A stretch of 64,000 nt of DNA, from positions 14,942,001 through 15,006,000 of the forward strand of contig OX597840.1 of the NCBI GenBank assembly GCA_951406725.2, written 5' to 3'. Positions 25,330 to 39,193 of this stretch are shown here, one piece after another. The position numbers and the translations under genes were made by a program. The DNA comes from Octopus vulgaris (lineage: Eukaryota). The notes beneath the pieces were generated by a model. The model was not told the origin of the DNA and ran no database searches. It saw only the letters and a list, made by a program, of their open reading frames with translations. How positions within the stretch are numbered: the first letter of the stretch is position 1; each line of letters opens with the position of its first letter.

Positions 25330-26095
25330 ACAAAAAAGTACTCCATCTGGTGAGAAATAAATATTATTTGATAAACACAACGTATTTTTATGAGCCACTG
25401 CTAGTTTCATGCAATGAGAGCAACTCAGACATCTTTTAACACATCTGGTGCCTTTGTACAATCATCAGGCAATGCCCACATGGCATAACACGTTATAAAC
25501 AGAACAATAGGATGAGAGAAAAAACAAGAAAAGGCAAGAAGGAAGTAGACGTAAAATGTGGGAGGTTGAAACACCAGAAAATGGAAAAGAAATCAGAAGA
25601 AAGCTAGAGGTGGGAGAATTAGAGTTATGTCCCCTTGACCATGAAGTCATAAGGCTGAAAGGACAGTAGCCTAGAGTGTGCAGTACAGCTGCTCAGTTCA
25701 GAGATGGTGGTACTTTCCAATTGCCCAACAGGAACTTATCCATGTCTTTGCAACTTCTGAAAATTTCATATCTGGAATTCAGCAGTTCTTAGATCTGAAA
25801 AGGATCTGTGATCTTTCAGTTATGCATAGCTTATAATTTTTTGGTTTGTTGACATATGGTATGAACTTTTCAATTATTTTCCACTTGATTGTATATGGTG
25901 TGGCATTAGACTTTCAACCCCATATGAGGCTGGCCAACTAAGTGGCCTTGCTTTTGTCCCTGTATCAGAAGGAAGATATGAGCGATTTTTTAAGTCGTCT
26001 TCACATAGCCCAGTGTAGCTGTTCTTTACAGTTAATAAGCAGGAAACTAACAGATGCTCATAAAAATATATATTGTGCTTATTAAATAATATATA
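25330..26095 (-). mobile_element. PLE 3' end: GIY-YIG C-terminus and pLTR with hammerhead-like motif
   Basis: Minus strand [25 protein letters not shown]...KLCITE, LLNSRYEIFRSCKDMDKFLL. Followed by gc-CTGATGA-ttg...ttgcat-GAAA-ctagcag at 25470-25395. Confidence 0.8.
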
Positions 26096-26326
26096 TATGT
26101 GTATTAAAATATATATATATGTATACATACATACATATATATATATATATACATATATATACATACACACACACATATATATACACATATATACATACAT
26201 ATATATGTATATATATATATATGTATACATACATACATACATACTTATATACCTATATATATAATACATATATATATATACATATATATATATAAATATA
26301 CATATATATATATACATATACATATA

Positions 26327-26368
<42 letters not shown>

Positions 26369-26459
26369 TATTTGTTGAAATGGAAAGATGAATTTTCTTG
26401 TTACGGATGTAATAAAAGGAATTCTGTACAATCTTCGTTCAACTCCATTTCTTCCATTC

Positions 26460-26510
<51 letters not shown>

Positions 26511-26603
26511 CCATATATATATACATATATATATGTATATATATATATACACCCATATATATATATATATATGTATATATATGTATGTATATATATATAT
26601 ATG

Positions 26604-26646
<43 letters not shown>

Positions 26647-27807
26647 ATATATGCATGTATGTATGTATGTACATATGTTACATTTTGAAATGAATAATGG
26701 CACTTCATACATGTATCCGAAATGTTACTTTTTTATGTCTCTTTCACTACCCACAATACAATACAAATGTAAAACAGAAAAAGACACAGGAACAGGTTTG
26801 AAAGGGAGATTTCAGAATGAAATGATGTAAATGTTAAATGGGTGAAAGGTCAAACGAGAACATGGCAGCAGGACACAAGATTTATTATGAAACAACAACA
26901 AAAAATATAACACACACACACATATATATATAACTTAGTTTTATTTTATTAGAATATTAATAATAAGCAAAAACCAATTCAAGGAAAATTTTGCTAAAAT
27001 ATAGAAATAGAAAAAAAGGACTGAAAATATATATTTTTGAATTATTTTGGAAAAATCTGAGGAAAAACACACATAAAAGAAAAAAAAATATATTTAAAAA
27101 TTGTAAACAAAAAAATAAAATATTCAAAGAACATGTTTAAAAAAGACAGACATAAACACACAAAAACGTTAGTCTGTAAAACAGGAATAGAAAAAAATAA
27201 GATAGGCAAAAACAAGCAAAAAAGAACATTAAAAATTGATATACAAATAAAAAATATAAAAACAAACATTAGCAAGTATAAAACACACACAAAATAAATT
27301 AATGAACACAAACACAAAATAAATTATAAAAATGGCAAATAGAAAAAATAGAAACGTAAAATATAAAAAACACCCATAAAATTTTAAAACGTCAATATAA
27401 TATATTTGAAGAAACTACAACACAAACAAAATATAAAGCAAAAATATAAATGCTAACAAATTTTAAAAACAAATTATAATCAAACAGATCAATATTTATT
27501 GTGAGTTTTATTATTTGTTAATATTGATTATGGCCCTGGGGTACTTTTAACAAAGTCCACTTTGTTGCAAACATCTGGATCTAGGGTCTGGTTGGAGGAT
27601 AACTTCCTTCTTTTGTGCTACCAGTGTCAGAGGTTCAGTTGAGAGTCAGGGTGTTGTCTTTTCACTTCTGAAAAGAGCTGTTTAACCCTTCAGCATTCAG
27701 ATATGCTTAACCCTTCAACATTCAAATATAAGGCTTCTCTGTTCACACTGTTTCGAATTAATCATACATTGTCTCATAACTTTGAGATTTCAGTATGATT
27801 GCATTCT

Positions 27808-28703
27808 CTTTACTCTTACTCTTTTACTTGTTTCAGTCATGTGACTGTGGCCATGCTAGAGCACCGCCTTTAGTTGAGCAAATCGACCCCAGGACTTATT
27901 CTTTGTAAGCTTAGTACTTATTCTATTGGTCTCTTTTGCTGAACTGCTAAGTTACGGGGACATAAACACACCAGCATTGGTTGTCAAGTGATGATGGTGG
28001 GGGACAAACATAGACACACAAATACACACACACACACACATATATGTATATATTTTTATTTATAAATAAGGATAATATCAATATTTAAATATCGATCTTA
28101 TCAAGTGGCCAGCATGGGAATAAATACCATACAAAGGTAATAATTATTTAAAACTATAAATAAGGGTGTCTGAGAGATACCACCTTGCCGAAATAGCAGT
28201 TAAGACCCTGACTCCAAGAACCACCTTAAATGTTCATATCGCATCATGAGATAAGACAGAGAGACAAAATAAACTAGCAAAAAAGATTTTACTGGATAAA
28301 ACAAGATCCTGGATTTCTGGCTTTGTTTCCAATAAGCTCTGCCTTCGTCAGTTGAATATGCTAGATGGATACATAAATGCAAATATATATACAGAACATA
28401 CGTTATACTTACATATACGAACGTCCTTACAAACATATATATGCATATATACCAGTCCAAATTGCCCGTCAACCACCCCAACAAGCGCGATATAGTCAAA
28501 AATAAACACCGCAGTGAATATATACATATACATATATATGACAGGCTTCTTTCAGTTTCTATCTACCAAATCCACTCATAAGGCTTTGGTCGGCCCGAGG
28601 CTATAGTAGAAAACATTTGCCCAGGGTTCCACATAGTGGGACTGAACCCGGAACAATGTGGTTGGTAAGCAAGCTACTTACCACGCAGCCACTCCTACGC
28701 CTG
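27808..28703 (-). mobile_element. SINE family A split by an insertion of about 480 bp in its microsatellite
   Basis: Tail half at 27808-28045, head half at 28535-28703. The insert contains minus-strand CTGACGA...GAAAC at 28322-28352. Confidence 0.8.
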
Positions 28704-28734
28704 CATAACGTTTTTTTTTGTTTTTTTTTTTTGC

Positions 28735-29415
28735 TTTGTCTTTGGTCAGTAAGTGTGGTCTTGTCTCCTATTTGCCTCTATCTAGAAATTAAAGGAAATC
28801 ATTATTATTCCCTTCAAACTTCGCTTTTGTCACCTGGACATCAATATTTTGAAACTGACCTATTTTCCATTACATTTCAGACAGTTTCAGCACTGAGTTG
28901 CTGAAGCAGAAATATCATTATAGCAAATATTCTGCTCAATAGCACAGATTTGCTTGTCAGTTGCTTGACCATAACCATTTGAGCATGTCTCTTAGTGGCT
29001 GACAATATGTGCATCTCTGAATATGAGCAGGAGTAGTGAGAGAGGCATTATAGCCATGTGATGAGAGAGATTCTTTGGGGTTTGAATAAATGTAAGAAAA
29101 GTAAAGTTTGAAGGAAATATTAGCTATTTTTCTTAATTTCTAAGGGTAAGCAAGCAGGAAATAAGGGTTGCTACCCAAGGACAAAAAATATCGTTATAGC
29201 AAATATTCTGCTCAATATCACAGATTTTGTTTGTCAGTTGCTTGACCTTAAACCACTTGAGCATGTCCCTTAATGACTGACAATATGTGCATCTCTAAAT
29301 CACAAACAGGAGTAGTGACAGAGCATCATAGCCCTATGTTGAGAGGGATTCTTAGGGGTTTGAATAAATGTAACAAAGCAATTAGGAAATAACTGTTGCT
29401 AGCTAAGGACAAAAA
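28735..29415 (+). mobile_element. MITE-like element (about 450 bp, long degenerate TIRs) plus partial tandem duplicate
   Basis: Ends ttgtctttgg and ccaaggacaaaaa. 29188-29415 repeats 28912-29187. An inverted copy lies at 33336-33786. Confidence 0.7.
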
Positions 29416-29659
29416 CTGTGTTCCATAGTTTTGTTTATTTGTAAGGCAGAATGTGAGAGGCCAGATCCGGCTAGTTTGGATATAAAACAAGGAGAATATT
29501 TGAGTTGGATGTGGCTGGTTTAAGAAGGGTTGAAGAGATTTAACAGTGTTAGATTAATGGGTAGAATATTACAGAAACTTTGTAATATAAATTTGTTGAA
29601 AAAGCAAACCAATGAAAAATCCAGCAATGACCATGTTGTTGACGAGTTCACTGTCATTG

Positions 29660-29920
29660 AGTGGTAACTTCACATTGCTCCAATTCACTCAGCTGTAGAA
29701 ATGAGATGCGACATCACTGGTGCCAAGCTGTATCGGCCCCTTTGCCTTTCCCTTGGATAACATCAGTGGTGTGAAGAGGGGAGATTGATATGCATGGGTG
29801 ACTGCTGGTCTTCCATAAACAACATTGCTCGGACTTGTGCCTTGGAAGGTGCAATTCCATGGTCATTCATTTCTAGGTGCAATTCCATGGTCATTCATGA
29901 CCGAGGTGGGGGGTCAACCC
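29660..29920 (+). mobile_element. SINE family C fragment
   Basis: Reverse complement of 30778-31115 and 44520-44770. Confidence 0.75.
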
Positions 29921-30777
29921 ACATATTTTTATATACAACAGCTTTTATTTATTTGATTTCATGCAAGTTCTCCTTGATATCAATATGGTTTATTGGTATA
30001 TTTAAAAGACATGAGCTGACAATTGTTAGCGCATCAGATAAAATACTTAGCAGCATTTCATGTCTTTGCGTTCTGAGTTCAAATTCTGCTGAGATTGACT
30101 TTGCCTTTCATCCTTTCAGGGTCAATAAAATAAGTCAGTGTAATCAACTAGAACCCCTCCCCCAAATTTCAGGCCTTGAGTCTATAGTAGAAAGGATTGT
30201 TGTTGTTGTTGCTGCTGCTGTTGCTGGTGTCCCTGTTGTTGTTGTTGAAGGCATTGTAGAGCATCCGATATTGTAGATTAAAGATATTGTGTGAACTGGA
30301 GATTTGTCAAGTTACAACAAAGACCTTTTTTTCTTATTATTATTCCAGAATTTTCATGAAAAGGAAAAATAAAACTGTTTCACATTTGAATTATTTGATA
30401 AAAATGCTAAATGTTCATGAAGATGTGTTATAGAACAAGGTGGTATTTCTTATGAAAATGGGCGGTGGTGGAAGTGGAGGAGGAGGAGAATTGTGAGGGC
30501 TTAGGGGTGGGGTTGGTAAATTGCTCCTTTTGCAAGGTTTAACTAAGACAATTTCCAACTTTTTGAATTAGTCCTATGCCTTGGCAAAGAATGAATTAAG
30601 GTGCAGGCATGGCTGTGTGGTAAGTAGCTTACTTCCCAACCACATGGTTCTGGGTTCAGTCCCTCTGTGTGGCACCTTGGGCAAATGTCTTCTACTATAG
30701 CCCCTGGTTGACCAAAGTCTTGTGAGTGGATATGGCAGACGGAAACTGAAAGAAACCTGTCATATATAAAGATATGT

Positions 30778-31115
30778 GGGTGACCCCCTTCGGTCATGAA
30801 TGACCATGGGATTGCACCTAGAAAGTTATCCTCTGTGGCACAAGTCTGAGCAGTGTTGTTTATGGAAGACCAGCAGTCACCCATGCATATCAGTCTCCCC
30901 TCTTCACACCACCGATGTTATCCAAGGGAAGGGCAAAGGTGCCGATATAGCTTGGCACCAGTGACGACACAACTCATTTCTACAGCTATTTGAACTGGAG
31001 CAATGTGAAATAAAGTGTCTTGCTCAAGAACACAACACACAGCCTGGTCTGGGAATTGAACTCACAACTTCACAATCGGAAGCTTGACGCTCTAACCACT
31101 GAGCCATGTGCCTTC
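30778..31115 (-). mobile_element. SINE family C, abutting a family A head (30600-30770)
   Basis: Minus-strand tRNA-like head (ggcacatggctcagtggttagagcg...gagttcaattccc); body shared with 29660-29920. Confidence 0.8.
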
Positions 31116-31244
31116 TCAAAAATATGTATATATACTGTACATGTGTATTTGTGTGTTCAATGTGTGTGTTTTCATGTTAGTTCCCCTACCCCCACCAGCT
31201 TGACAATCAGTGTTGTATTTATGTCCCTGTAACTTAGTAGTTTG

Positions 31245-31548
31245 TGGAGGCACATGGCCTAGTGGTTAGAGCAGCAGACTCGCGGTCGAGGGATCGCAGG
31301 TTCAAATCTCATACCGGGCAATGTGTGTGTTTATGAGTGAAACACCTAAGCTCCATGCAGCTCCGGTAGAAAGAAATGGTGAACTTCTGCTGACTCTTTT
31401 GCCACAACTTCCTCTCACTCTTTCCTCCTGCATCTAGCAGCTCCTCTGCGATGGACCGGCATTCCGCCCAGGTGGGGAACCTATACGCCAAGGAAACTGG
31501 GAAACTGGCCCTAATGAGCCAGGCATGGCTCGAGAAGGAACAAACAAA
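31245..31548 (+). mobile_element. tRNA-derived SINE family D
   Basis: tggcctagtggttagagcagc...ggttcaaatctc head; inverted partial copy at 42375-42573. Confidence 0.8.
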
Positions 31549-31882
31549 AACTTAGTAGTTTAGCAAAAGAAACTTATAAAATAAGGACTTGATTCCTTCA
31601 GCTAAAGTTCTTCAATGTGCTGCCCCTACATAGCCACTGAATCTATTGAAAAAGATGGTTAAGTCTATTTTGCCTTCTTGTTAATAAAGAGGTGGCGTAT
31701 AAATAAATTTCACTATTTTGTGTGGAGCCCTGGTGTTTTTCATTTTAGGAACCACTTTTGTAAGCCCCACATGGACATAATAAAGATGATGGCAAACAAT
31801 AAGGCAAAATGTGTCAACAATAATGAAGGAATATTTGTCCAAGGAAAATACTGTTGGACTTTTTTCTTTTTTGTTTGTCATT

Positions 31883-32080
31883 TTTATTTGTTTCAGTCAT
31901 TTGACTGCGGCCATGTTAGAGCACAACCTTTAGTCAAGCAAATCGATCCTAGGACTTATTCTTTGTTAGCCTAGCACTTATTCTATCAGTTTCTCTTGCT
32001 GAACTGCTAAGTGACGGGGACGTAAACACACCAGCATTGGTTGTCAAGCGATGTTGGGGGAACAAACACAGATGCACACG

Positions 32081-32114
<34 letters not shown>

Positions 32115-32276
32115 ACAGGCTTCTTTCAGTTTCTGTCTACCAAATCCACTCACAAGGCTTTGGTCGGCCTGAGGCTTTAGTAGAAGACATTTGCTCAAGG
32201 TGCCATGCAGTGGGACTGAACCCAGAACCATGTGGTTGGTAAGCAAGCTACTTACCACACAGCCATTCCTGCACCT
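31883..32276 (-). mobile_element. SINE family A
   Basis: Full-length reverse-complement match. Confidence 0.9.
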
Positions 32277-32639
32277 ATGTATTTATTAAATTTTTAGACA
32301 ATTTCATCAAAATATGTTCTTGAAATATAAAAGGTTTCCGAAGATTATTGATTTGATGAAATGAGGTTTGTGATGATTTGGGGTTTGCTGTACTGGATGA
32401 GCTGAAAGTGTTGAGAGTGAACTACCTAAAACCTTCTTATATTGTAAATCGAATCATCCAGGCACATGCAGCAATGGGAGCAGGTGAAACAAAAATAACA
32501 GCTGCAACAGCAGCAGCAGTAATAGAATACAACAGAAACAACAACAACAACAAAAGCAATATGAGCCACAATAATGATAATGAAAAAACAGAAATGTGTA
32601 CAAAATTATAAACAACAGCAACAAGCACGAGAACAACAT

Positions 32640-33031
32640 TCTTTTACTTGTTTCAGTTATTTCACTGCGGTCATTCTGGAGCACCGCCCGTTGTCGAGCA
32701 AATCGCCCCCAGGACTTATTCTTTGTAAGCCTAGTACTTATTTTATTGGTCTCTTTTGCCGAACTGCTAAGTTACGGGGATGTAAACACACCAGCATTGG
32801 TTGTCAAGCAATGATGGTGGGGGTCAAACACAGACACAAACACACACACTTATATATACATATACATATATACGACAGCCTTCTTTCAGTTTCCATCCAC
32901 CAAATCCACTCACAAGGCTTTGGTTGGCCCAAGGCTATAGTATAAGACACTTGCCCAAGGTGTCATGCAGTGGGACTGAACCCAGAACGATGTGATTGGT
33001 AAGCAAGCTACTTACCACACAGTCACGCCTA
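32640..33031 (-). mobile_element. SINE family A
   Basis: Full-length reverse-complement match. Confidence 0.9.
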
Positions 33032-33335
33032 ACACAGTAAAAAGAAACCAATATGAATACCTCTATGCAGTCATATCACTTGCTTCTAGAAATACCAGCT
33101 AAATCTCTCTCAGATCATATTAAAAATAGAAGGATACATAAAATAATATAATCCTAGATAGACTTAAGAAAGAGGATGGAATGGTCACAACTGGAATGAT
33201 CTTAGATAGAAACATTTGCTCAGTAATGTTGATCTGGTGCCAAGCAATAACAACAACAATATTGATAACAGTGCTCTGAGAAGATGTTGGAATGGTCATA
33301 GTTGGAGAGCCCTTTAATAACACTGGGTAACACAA

Positions 33336-33786
33336 TTTTTGTCCTTGGGCAGCAATCGTTATTTCCTATTTCCTTGCCCCTAGAATGTATGAAAAATGGT
33401 TAATATTTCCTTCAAATTTTGCTTTTGTTATATTTATTCAAACCCCCAAAGAATCCCTCTCAACATATGGCTATGATGCTCCCCCATTACTGCTGCTCAT
33501 GATCAGAGATGCACATATTATCAGCGACTAAGGGACATGCTTGAAGTGGTTAAGGTCAAGCAATTGACATGCAAATCTCTGGTATTGAGCAGAATATTTG
33601 GTATAACAATATTTCTGTTTCAGCAACTCAATACTGAATCTGTCCGAAACGTGATGGAACATAGGTCAATTTCAAAACATTGATGTCCAGGTAACAAAAG
33701 CAAAGTTTGACGGGAATAGTAGTCATTTGCTTTGAATTCTAGATAGAAATGAATACGAAATAACACTTATTGATCAGAGACAAAAA
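33336..33786 (-). mobile_element. MITE-like element, inverted copy of 28735-29187
   Basis: Aligns by eye across its length. Confidence 0.7.
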
Positions 33787-33940
33787 TGAAATAAAATTTT
33801 GTTAAACACTGTAATAAGTCTACTCAGCCGGGGTTGGCCTAGGGCTAAACATGAACAACTCGACTACAAAACTTGAACAACAATAACAACTGTAAAAAGA
33901 TGGTTGCAAAATGAAATCCTGTTATTGATTTCGCTAAAAC

Positions 33941-34028
33941 CTGCAGATATCGATGGCAGGTTGTGGAGATGGTTGCAATGTCGCAATAGTCAACAGTGTT
34001 AAGAGAGGTTTCATCATAGCCCTGACAT
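33941..34028 (-). CDS. Candidate exon 4 (CQGYDETSLNTVDYCDIATISTTCHRYLQ)
   Basis: Acceptor cactcacatcttgcag after a T-rich tract; donor CAG|gtttta. 88 nt, phase 2 to 0, unique balanced-composition sequence. Confidence 0.35.
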
Positions 34029-34692
34029 CTGCAAGATGTGAGTGCAATTATTGAGTTTTGAATAATGCAAAAATAAAAAAATAACTTTAAAAAAAATTTA
34101 TAAAAAATAAAAATTTATTTAAGAAAAAGTGCATTGAATGTGTTCACACTTTTTTCCAAGCACTACATGACGCTCTCCTTTCTGTTCCCATAAACTGCGT
34201 AATGCAATAATAATAATAATAACTGTAATAGTAATAGTGATAGTACTAGCTCTAGTAATAATAATAATAAACAAGAATAACAATAATAATAGTAATAATA
34301 ATAACAATAATGATAATATTAACAAGAATAATAGTAGCAATAATAATAGTCTTGGTGGTGGTGGTGGTGGTAGTAGTAGTAGTAGTAGTGGTAGTAGTAG
34401 TAGTGATAATAATAATAATCATTAGTATAAGGCTATAGAATTTTTTTCTTTGAGAGTAAGAGACGGGTACGTAGACTATTATATGAAAAGGAAAAGAAAT
34501 GCTACCTGAGTGCTTCTGTATTTTGTGGAACAGGATGGAAAGACATAAGTTAAAAAGCAAAGATGACTTTGATACGATGTGAAGAAAAACAAAACTGAAG
34601 ACAAAAAGAACTAAAATTTTGCAAACTATTTCAAATTTCTGTCTAAAATAGGTAGAAGGCTACAAATTTGGAGAGAAGAGTTAGTCATTTAA

Positions 34693-34915
34693 CCCTTTAG
34701 TTACCATATTTCTGTTGAGATGCTCTGTGTTTCTTTCAATTAATTTTAAATATAACAAAGAATTTTAGTAAAATAACTTAGTTATCATTAAGCTAGTGTT
34801 AGGAACACAAATTGTGACTAAGGTTTAGTGGAAGATTTTAATTCCGAATTTTTAAAAACAAGACATTTGTACTACAGAACCAGAGGCTGTTTCAGACGGG
34901 TTGGTATCAAAAGGG
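34693..34915 (+). mobile_element. piggyBac-type MITE
   Basis: TTAA|cccttt.g.tacca ... tggtatcaaaaggg|TTAA: TTAA duplication and CCC/GGG termini. Confidence 0.8.
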
Positions 34916-35299
34916 TTAAATCAACACCAGTAATCTTACCCACTCCCCTTCACTTCTGAAGAATTTTTCACTCTCTCTCTGCTGCAGCTCCAGTAGTAGA
35001 ATTGAATGATTGTCATCCCTGTACTTGCACGTTTCCACCCCAGAATCTACAATTTTTACCTCTTGGCCAGGGTCTTTCTCTCACATACCTCTTCCATATT
35101 CCTTAATAGAACAATATCTGTTTTTCACTCCTGTTTGCATTACAAAGAGCTTTGGTGTTAGGAAGGGCATCTAGCCATAGAAGTCAAGCCAATACATACA
35201 ACTTGGTATGGCCCTTGGCATTGCCAGACCCTGTCAAGTCGTCCAACCCATGATAGCATGGAAAATGGACATCAGTCCTTTAGCATTCAGATTTCCGCC

Positions 35300-36335
35300 A
35301 AAAGTAATTAAGACTCATAGAAGCATCAACCAGTTTCAATACTGAAGATGACTCGCTAGTCAAAAACAAAAGTGAACACATCCCCCACAGAGGAAGAAAT
35401 AAAGATCTTGACGAGTTCTGCAACCACATTGAGAACTTTCCCTACCATACTATACATAAACAGACAGTTAACTCAAATTTTAGCACTGCACATTGGAAGG
35501 AATTAATAGAACTTCAAAATGATGAAGATATAACCATTAAGGAAGCAGATAAAGGAAGTGCAGTTGTAATAATGGATACATCATACTATAGAAGTCTTGT
35601 AACTTCCTTGCTTGATGAAATCAACATTATGAAAAAATCACCAGCTACACTCCGCAAAAAATAATGAAAACTCTGTCCTCAATAATTAAAACCCATGGAA
35701 AGGAACTGACAATGAAAGAGATTGACTTTCTAACAAACTTTAAATGCAAACCTCTTCTATGGTCTGCCAAAAATACACAAAAGTCAGATTATAAATGAAA
35801 CCATTAAAAAATCACCAAAGATGTACATACATACACCTAACCCAGGGCACCTAAAACTACGACCCATTGTAGCTGGCCCAGCCTGTGAAACACACAGACT
35901 AAGTCTATTTATGGACATCCTCTTGAAACCCTTCCTTAAACACATTGATAGCCATATCAGAGATGACTTGGATATGTTAAATCACCTTCTAAAAAAAGTC
36001 AGGGAAGAAACAATCATGGTTTCATTTGATGTAGTTAATTTATATACCAGCATACCTCATAATTATGGACTAGAGGCAATTCAGTTCTGGCTGGACCATT
36101 TTCCGGAAGAAATACCAAAAAGGATCAGTAAAGAATTCATTACTAAATCGGTTGAATTCATCCTACAAAATAACCACTTCATGTTTGACAATACGTTTTA
36201 CCATAAAAAATCCGGAATTGCTATGGGTACAAGGGCAGCACTAGTCATTGCAAACCTAACAATGGGCTACCTGGAGGTAATAATATACCAGGAATCTTCA
36301 TCAACCTTTGAAAACTCCCTAATATGCTAGACATA
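35300..36335 (+). pseudogene. Penelope-like reverse transcriptase fragment (N-terminal half of RT)
   Basis: ITIKEADKGSAVVIMD, YGLPKIHKS, LRPIVAGPACETHRLS, MVSFDVVNLYTSIPH, FILQNNHFMF, GIAMGT, ANLTMGYLE. Frameshifted upstream and truncated before the YxDD motif. Confidence 0.92.
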
Positions 36336-36533
36336 GACCTCAAATCACCATTACCACGAAGAATGTGTTCTCAAGAAAAATCTCAAAATGCCAAAATGTA
36401 AAAGTGAGCAAGACAAATGAAAATATATGAAATAAAAAAACGATTACCTATGTACCATTGGTTTCACTTGTTAATATCTATGTATGCAAACACACAGTTA
36501 TCTGCAAGATCGTCAGCATAGTCCGTTGCTTAC

Positions 36534-36570
36534 AAAACACAATTTCCAGAACTAGATACAGAACGCTCAA
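36534..36570 (-). CDS. Candidate exon 3 (37 nt, ERSVSSSGNCV)
   Basis: Acceptor caatttcag, donor gtaagc; phase 1 to 2. Confidence 0.3.
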
Positions 36571-37342
36571 CTGAAATTGAGCATGTATAAAGTTCTACAA
36601 ATTAAATTTGGGTGTATTTTTTAAATGTCTTAACGTTGGCATGCTGAGGCCAGAAATTGCTCTGCAGTTAATAAGTTTCAGCAGCCAATTTGCCAGTTAG
36701 AGAACATTTTTTTTATATAGAATTAAATAAGGGTAGAAATTGATGTTAATCAATTAAAACCAGTGGCTTAGCATATTTAAAAAATCCGAAGATTAAAAAT
36801 TGTGTTACATACAAAATTAAGAGGACACCTAATATGCTAAACATAGACGTCAGATCGCCATTTCTGAGTTCAAATTCTGCCATGGTTGTACTAGTTGAAT
36901 ACTGGGGCTGATAAAATTGCCTTTACACTTTACCCAGAAATTGCTGGCATTGTGCCAAAATTTGAAATCAATATATATGCATATATATATATACACACAC
37001 ACATGGATGTACATGTACATATATACATATACATAAGCATGTACACACACACACACACAAACACACACACATGCACATGTGCATGTATTATTTTCTAATG
37101 GTTTGTTTTAATTTTTGTGATGTTTTTTACACCACCCTCCATTCTTCATGAAATAAAAACAACAACAGCAGAAGTGGCAGCTGTGATAACGAGTTTAATA
37201 ATAATTATTTCTTTTTATTACCACAAAGACAAAGAATGGAAAGGGTGTGATGCATTTCAGAATAATTATAAGAGGAATGAGAACAACATTTAGTAATCAA
37301 TATAGTTGTAGTGGTAGTAGTAATACTAATAATGATGATGAT

Positions 37343-38010
37343 GATGATGATAGTAATAATGATGAGGATGATGATGATGGTGATGATGATAACAATAATG
37401 ATGATGATAGTAATAATGATGAGGATGATGATGATGGTGATGATGATAACAATAATGATGATGATAGTAATAATGATGAGGATGATGATGATGGTGATGA
37501 TGATAACAATAATGATGATGATAGTAATAATGATGAGGATGATGATGATGGTGATGATGATAACAATAATGATGATGATAGTAATAATGATGAGGATGAT
37601 GATGATGGTGATGATGATAACAATAATGATGATGATAGTAATAATGATGAGGATGATGATGATGGTGATGATGATAACAATAATGATGATGATAGTAATA
37701 ATGATGAGGATGATGATGATGGTGATGATGATAACAATAATGATGATGATAGTAATAATGATGAGGATGATGATGATGGTGATGATGATAACAATAATGA
37801 TGATGATAGTAATAATGATGAGGATGATGATGATGGTGATGATGATAACAATAATGATGATGATAGTAATAATGATGAGGATGATGATGATGGTGATGAT
37901 GATAACAATAATGATGATGATAGTAATAATGATGAGGATGATGATGATGGTGATGATGATAACAATAATGATGATGATAGTAATAATGATGAGGGTGATG
38001 ATGATGATGA
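37343..38010. repeat. 57-bp minisatellite, about 11.5 near-perfect copies built from trinucleotides
   Basis: Unit gatgatgatagtaataatgatgaggatgatgatgatggtgatgatgataacaataat; agtaataat recurs at 37352 and 37409. Confidence 0.95.
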
Positions 38011-38047
38011 GGATTGCAATGATGATGGTGATGCTGATGATCATGAT

Positions 38048-38079
<32 letters not shown>

Positions 38080-38397
38080 AACCTTGAACAGTTTGCATGC
38101 TCTCCAAAATGTACTCAGAAAGTAAATGCAGTGTAATTCTGAATAATAATAATAATAATAAGAAGAAGAAGAAGTAGAAGGGAGGAGGAGGAGGGGGAGG
38201 AGAAGAAGAACAACAATAACAACAGTGGCTAAAACTTTTAATCACCAATGCTATTTACACTTGAAGACCACCAAAAAATGATTCTAAAGTACTTTTTTCA
38301 AGAACTTTCTCAACTATTTTTAGGATTTCTCACCATTTTTCTCCTTCGATTTCTGTAAATGGTCCTGGGTTTTTCTACTGATTTGTATTTTGTTTGT

Positions 38398-38550
38398 CTT
38401 CTTCTTCTTCTTCTTCTTCTTCTTCTTCTTCTTCTTCTTCTTCTTCTTCTTCTTCTTCTTCTTCTTCTTCTTCTTCTTCTTCTTCTTCTTCTTCTTCTTC
38501 TTCTTCTTCTTCTTCTTCTTCTTCTTCTTCTTCTTCTTCTTCTTCTTCTT
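38398..38550. repeat. Pure (CTT)n tract, about 51 units
   Basis: Direct reading. Confidence 0.95.
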
Positions 38551-38808
38551 CCCTTTCTCTTTCCAGTCAGTTTTTACCAAAATTGTTTTTCATCACAGCA
38601 TCCAGTTCACAGTTTCTTACATTTTACAAAAAAAAAGCAAAATAAAACTTTGAAATATCACACACTGACAGAAGTAGAGAGAGGGGGGTGTAGAAGGACA
38701 GAGAAGAAAGAGTAGCACAGAGAGAGAGAGAGAAAAGTCTACATAGTCTCATTGGCAGATATAGACAGACATATTTTTAGTCACAAATATGTAATGCAAG
38801 CGTTTGTG

Positions 38809-38847
<39 letters not shown>

Positions 38848-39137
38848 TTATGTGTGTGTATATATATAATATAAATAATGTATATATATATATATATATA
38901 TACATACACACATATATATAATATAGGGCATGGCTGTGTGGTTAGGGAGCTTGCTTCCTAGCTATATGGTTTCGGGTTCAGTCCCACTGCGTGGTATTTG
39001 GGTAGGTGTCTTCCACTATAGCCCCGAGCTGACCGGAGCTTTGTGATTGAATTCGGTAGGTGGAAGTTACTGCCGTGTGTGTATATGTGCGTGTAGGTGC
39101 TTGTGCCTCTCCGAAAGAGAGAGAGAATGTTTGTTTA

Positions 39138-39193
<56 letters not shown>

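Noticed and set aside
31245-31320. tRNA gene candidates (also 20010, 48721, 56430, 14792)
   Set aside because: A/B boxes are present but no clean cloverleaf, and each continues into a repeated SINE body.
33947-34037. Plus-strand exon reading (ctgcag...gtgagt) overlapping candidate exon 4
   Set aside because: The acceptor lacks a pyrimidine tract and no compatible plus-strand partner exons were found; the minus-strand reading fits better.
37205-38125. 292-aa Asp/Asn-rich ORF and overlapping ORFs
   Set aside because: Fully explained by the 57-bp minisatellite; open in four frames; no supporting gene structure.
38320-38715. Poly-K/L/F/S ORFs
   Set aside because: Translations of the (CTT)n tract.
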